From: Rhynchopus sp. YZ270_cl-10
Taxonomy: Eukaryota
Assembly (NCBI GenBank): GCA_964035575.1
Contig: OZ037843.1
Location: forward strand, 186,001-250,000
Direction of reading: 5' to 3'
Length of the DNA: 64,000 nt
This document shows, piece by piece, positions 59,710 to 64,000 of this stretch. The translations under genes and the position numbers were made by a program. Under the pieces are notes generated by a model. The model was not told the origin of the DNA, did not search any database, and saw nothing but the letters and a program-made list of their open reading frames with translations. The first letter of the stretch is position 1; every line of letters starts with the position of its first letter.

Positions 59710-61740
59710 TCAATTTGCGAGACAACTGTGCTCCAGCAACGGGTTTTCCAGATCGGTGTTCAGGAGGTGAGTGGCAGGTCGCAAGAGTGCGGCTGTTGAC
59801 TTCTTCTGGGCAGCAAGCACCGCCCGCAGAGACGGAGGCTCAATGTCGTATGCAATCGCCACACTGGCAGGGAGGAGGAAGGCAAGGAATACCCACCCAG
59901 AGTTTCGCGATCCGTACTCAACGCCCCTTGTTGCGTGCAGTGCCACCATGAACACCACCATCACCACGTACACACATTTCCACACTTTCATTGCGCGTAG
60001 TCCCCGCTGCACATGCACGAAGTCAGACACGTTGCAGCCATGTTCGATCAACACACATGTCAGGAAGTGAGGCGCCCCAGCAAAGGGCAGCACATACCGC
60101 CACATCCCCACATGCTCTGTGTTGCACTCGTCCACTAGGCTTCTCACCTCGTCGCACGCGAGGTCTCCAGCAACAATCTTTTCCACAACCCCGTAGTACA
60201 GGCAATGTATGCCTGTCGCCGGCTCGCAAGTCCACCCGTACGACCTGTTCGTGGAGTGGTCCTCGCGCGGCTCGTTCTTACGCACGCGCACCTCCACGTT
60301 GCAGCCCTCCTCGACCGGCAGGTTCGCCACAGGTGTGTTCCTGTCCCCTTCCAACGCACACCCGTCCACAAGCAGCTTCACCTGCACAGGCGCAGAGTCT
60401 GTGGTGTGAGGTAAACATGCCTGCCGTGCCTTGCTGCACATGTCCCCAAGTGTGTCGTCCACACCAACGTGCACACGTACCTTCTCCCGGCGCATCAACG
60501 TCACAAACACATTCATCCCTTCTCCTTCCCCTACGGGCACATCATCCCCCTCGTCAGTCAAGTACCCTTCACTGGCAGTGCTCATGTCGTGAGCTATGTC
60601 GCGACCTGGGTAGTGCGTTAGTAAGTCTTCCAGTTTTGGCCATGCAGCCATCTGTGACTTCGGTGTGGTCTGGTCCATGTAAGTAAGGTAGAGAAACAGC
60701 ACGACGCCCTGGAACATACTCATAGTGACAGGGTCGAAGTAGAAGAAGCGGTGCCGCTCCTCCTCAGGCCCCAGCAGCAGCACAGCAACGGAGTAGGCCA
60801 CAAAGTCGCACAGTGCGCACAGCTCACACATCCCCACGGGGTCGCCCACAAGGGCCGCCAACTTCCCGTCAGGCAACACAAGCCTTCCTCCATCCGACTC
60901 ACAGCGCATAACGCGGACCATACAAAGAAGCTTTATTACTTCCAACACAGCATAGAAGGCAAGGTAGCTGTACGCTTCCATACTGAACAAAGTAATCACA
61001 ACAAAAGGGTACAAGAAGGACATTATGAATAGCAACACCAAAAGGCAGCAATGAAAGCGCGTAGACGCTGACTTGCTGCATAAAACGGCGGCAGAAACCG
61101 CCACAGACACTACCACGTTGATCCTCGCGGCCACCGACACAACACCCGGTATGTTCGACTGCACACCCTCGACTCCCTGCGGTTGTTCGGCAGCTAATAG
61201 GGCGGTGCAAACGCTGATAGCAAGACCGTCGGAAACGATAAGACAGAACTGCGTGATGCGGGTATGGGCCTTCGCATATCGAAGAAGCGCTACAGTCGCC
61301 ACACGAACGCCAATCATGCACAAGCAGACGTAGAAGCACCAACGCAGATCCGTGGAACACTCCCCACCCGGCATGTCGAAGCGTGTCCCGTCCGTTGTGT
61401 TGAGAGCCTCGTCAGAGCACTGCACACGCCACAGGGGCACTGTTGTATTCGTGTCGTTCACATCCCCTGTCAACGCTGACACTTCGACGTTGTCTTCATA
61501 TAAGTACTCATAGTCCTTCAGGTACGCAGCCAGCACACACGGACAGGCAAGCCACAGAGCGAACACCACGGTGGCCAGTCCCAGCCTCTCCTCCCTCAGG
61601 TCAGTTATCCGGCGTTCGTGTGTGGGGGAGGCATCGCTGCTCTCGAGCGGGGGTTGCGTGGACACGCTGTCCACAGACGCTGAAGTCATCTCAATGTCGA
61701 CGCACTCCAGGTTGGCGGGGTCACGGTCGGGGTCGGCCAT
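59710..61740 (-). CDS. Multi-pass membrane protein with internal ubiquitin-like domain, paralog B (~676 aa)
   Basis: Near-identical to 43580..45604 except one divergent TM block and the C-terminal tail. Confidence 0.78.
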   Translation of the reverse strand: MADPDRDPANLECVDIEMTSASVDSVSTQPPLESSDASPTHERRITDLREERLGLATVVFALWLACPCVLAAYLKDYEYLYEDNVEVSALTGDVNDTNTTVPLWRVQCSDEALNTTDGTRFDMPGGECSTDLRWCFYVCLCMIGVRVATVALLRYAKAHTRITQFCLIVSDGLAISVCTALLAAEQPQGVEGVQSNIPGVVSVAARINVVVSVAVSAAVLCSKSASTRFHCCLLVLLFIMSFLYPFVVITLFSMEAYSYLAFYAVLEVIKLLCMVRVMRCESDGGRLVLPDGKLAALVGDPVGMCELCALCDFVAYSVAVLLLGPEEERHRFFYFDPVTMSMFQGVVLFLYLTYMDQTTPKSQMAAWPKLEDLLTHYPGRDIAHDMSTASEGYLTDEGDDVPVGEGEGMNVFVTLMRREKVRVHVGVDDTLGDMCSKARQACLPHTTDSAPVQVKLLVDGCALEGDRNTPVANLPVEEGCNVEVRVRKNEPREDHSTNRSYGWTCEPATGIHCLYYGVVEKIVAGDLACDEVRSLVDECNTEHVGMWRYVLPFAGAPHFLTCVLIEHGCNVSDFVHVQRGLRAMKVWKCVYVVMVVFMVALHATRGVEYGSRNSGWVFLAFLLPASVAIAYDIEPPSLRAVLAAQKKSTAALLRPATHLLNTDLENPLLEHSCLAN

Positions 61741-62591
61741 AATGTTGTTTGTGCGCACGGGACGTGATGTGTGATGCTGGTGTGATATAATAAATTTCGT
61801 TGACCGCAGCCGTTTTAGGAAGCCGTTTAGGCTCGTACCCTGGGTGGTGTGGCATGTCATAATTGGGTGAGGGGAATGATTCGAAAGGAAAGCATGAGGA
61901 CAAATTTACCGTTGGCTAATCAAGGTCAGTTTCTGATAACACTGCGTGTAAGGAAAGATATAAAAATGCTCGAGAGACTCGTTCCTCTTTGCTTGTTGCT
62001 CAAAAGACTATAAACGGGGGGGAAAAAGTAAAAGTTGTTTGTTGTTCGCTTCCACCGAACTTTCTTATTCGCAATTTGTATATTTTTCCCAAGAGACCCT
62101 GGCGTAGCAAAGCTACTTAAACAAGTTTACAGTATGGCTGTGCCCGACCCTTTCCTGTTACTAAAACCAGCAACACGAAAGGGGGCCATTTAAGGGGGTG
62201 TGGCAACTTCCATAGTCTAGCTGGTCTCACAACCTGAAATCAGCCATAAAGGGTTTAATGTGGGAGAAACAAAACACAATAACGATGGGACGCTGGACAC
62301 ATGCATGGCGTGTGGGGACTGAGACACATTCCCTGACTAACCCACACAGGGAAAGGAAATGAGAAGAAGTGAGCAAAATTTGCAACCTGGCCTTTGTGTA
62401 CTACCGGGGGTGGGGATTTGTGTCAAATGTGGCTAATCCGGCTGAATTAAATTTATGCAAAGTTCCCCACAGACCCAGGACGCTGCCAAAACAAATTTGC
62501 GTACAAAAAAAAGAAACAAAACAAAGAAACAAACAAGGAATTGCAATCGAAAGTTATTACGCATCCACTTGACGTTTTGGATAAAGAAAAA

Positions 62592-63032
62592 ACAAGTAAT
62601 TGCTATCGGAAAAAAAACGGGGTGTGATGTGGAACTCCATCCTGTAGAAATAATCTACAACACGCCCAGCATTCTGCTCTTCTGCAGGTATGCTAACGCT
62701 CTTCGTACGCTGCCAGACCCACTGGGACACCAGCATCTGAAACGTTCAAGAAAGGGGGCTGTCCTCTTCGTCCAGCACCATCTGCTCGATAGCGTTGTTG
62801 GACGCCCGCTCGGCAGGTTCGGCGTGGTCCAGCTCGTTTTTGTCCACAGCCTCCTCACATTGTCGTCGTCGTTGGAGCAGTGCGGAAGGAACACAGAATG
62901 CACAGACTACAACACATCGATCACACCAGGCGCATCAGCACCTCCAGCAAATCGCCAGGATGCTACGGTGGTTTCGAATATCGCGCGGAGTTTTCCACAG
63001 CACACCCCGCTTTTTTCTTAGCAATTACTTGT
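62592..63032. mobile_element. ~440-bp element with ~45-bp imperfect terminal inverted repeats; second, inverted copy at 48259..49716 interrupted by a hAT-like insertion
   Basis: Left end acaagtaattgctatcggaaaaaaaacggggtgtgatgtggaa vs reverse complement of right end acaagtaattgctaagaaaaaagcggggtgtgctgtggaa. No TSD identified. Confidence 0.6.
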
Positions 63033-64000
63033 CCTTGTTGTTATTGTTGTTTTCAACCACCTTCCTTCAACCCTTGTAGGGATCATTTGTTATTTTTTTC
63101 GCGAAAACATGAAATTACACATTTCAAGAGAACAAATTAAAAAGGGTCCTTATTTGCATTTTTGGGCTCCGCCCGTGCAGTGGTGGGGTCAATCTCGAAA
63201 ATTGGACAATTTTTTGACCACTTAAATTTTGAGAAATATGAGCCCGGTTGCTTATACGTGGGGCCGTACCCCTACCCCCATCCTTTTTCCATTTTTCTAA
63301 CCCGGGCGGGTTGGAGTAGAGCCACATTTCACCGACAGGTCGAGGTGTGTGCGTTCGCACACATACTTGTGTTTTGGTGGAAAAAATTGCAAAAACGCGT
63401 TTTAGACCCCCAGAAAGGCTGGAATTGCAAAATTGGGCACTTTTAGGGTGTGACCAAAAAAGTTTTCAAGAGTCTAGTTATTACAGAGGCTCACCTTAGA
63501 AGGCAAAAATCAAGAATCCGGATTATGCGACAATGTGGACTATTTTTTGCGACAATGTGGATTATTAATCCGGATTGTCGTAATCCACATTTTAGAGTCC
63601 ACATTGTCGTTTCCCCTAACAAAAAACACTGCAAACGAACAGTTTGTTGGGATGGTGGGGTCCTCGAAGCCGGGTTCTTCGGTCCTTTTGTTCCTTTGAT
63701 TCTCCTCACACCAAACCATCTCTCTTCTGCTGTTGCGGTTTGTGGGGAAATGAAAAAAGCGAAAATAGAAGTGAAAAACACACTTATTTTTGGGGGTATT
63801 AAACCTACGTAGCATCACCAAACCCACCAAATTGTGGGGGAAATCAGGTGGAAAAATGTGAAATTAATGTGAAAAAGTGAGAAAAGGCGTGAATAGATGT
63901 CAAAAAAATATGAAAAAGGTGACTCGCGATGCGCACGGTACTGCTGAAGAGACTTACCCTGCTGCCATAGGCCCAGCACTCTGCTCTTCTGCAGGTATGC

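Overview
Eukaryotic, repeat-rich protist-like DNA with all credible genes on the minus strand. Short GT-AG introns with C/A-rich 3' ends, AG acceptor-like sites just upstream of the start codons and co-oriented genes suggest a trans-splicing euglenozoan such as a diplonemid. This is an inference, not proven. The first 37 kb is a near-identical tandem duplication (offset 19,723 bp) of a giant 4-exon gene for a cysteine-rich type-I membrane protein (5,316 and 4,959 aa after splicing). The protein has a signal peptide, 7 vs 5 N-terminal ~178-aa kringle-like+EGF-like units, dozens of EGF-like modules, a Cys-rich TM helix and an acidic tail. The copies differ almost only in the N-terminal repeat array. 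Next come an ankyrin-repeat gene with a (GCAGGT)70 Gly-Ala insertion (plus a 5' fragment of it between the giant genes) and two paralogs of a multi-pass membrane protein with an internal ubiquitin-like domain. Between those paralogs lies a ~12-kb nest of non-autonomous DNA transposons whose ends can be read directly: hAT-like (8-bp TSD, empty site also present in the window), piggyBac-like (TTAA), a 9-bp-TSD element, abutting TA-flanked elements between poly-C tracts, and a foldback satellite. No rRNA, tRNA, CRISPR array or intact transposase was recognised.
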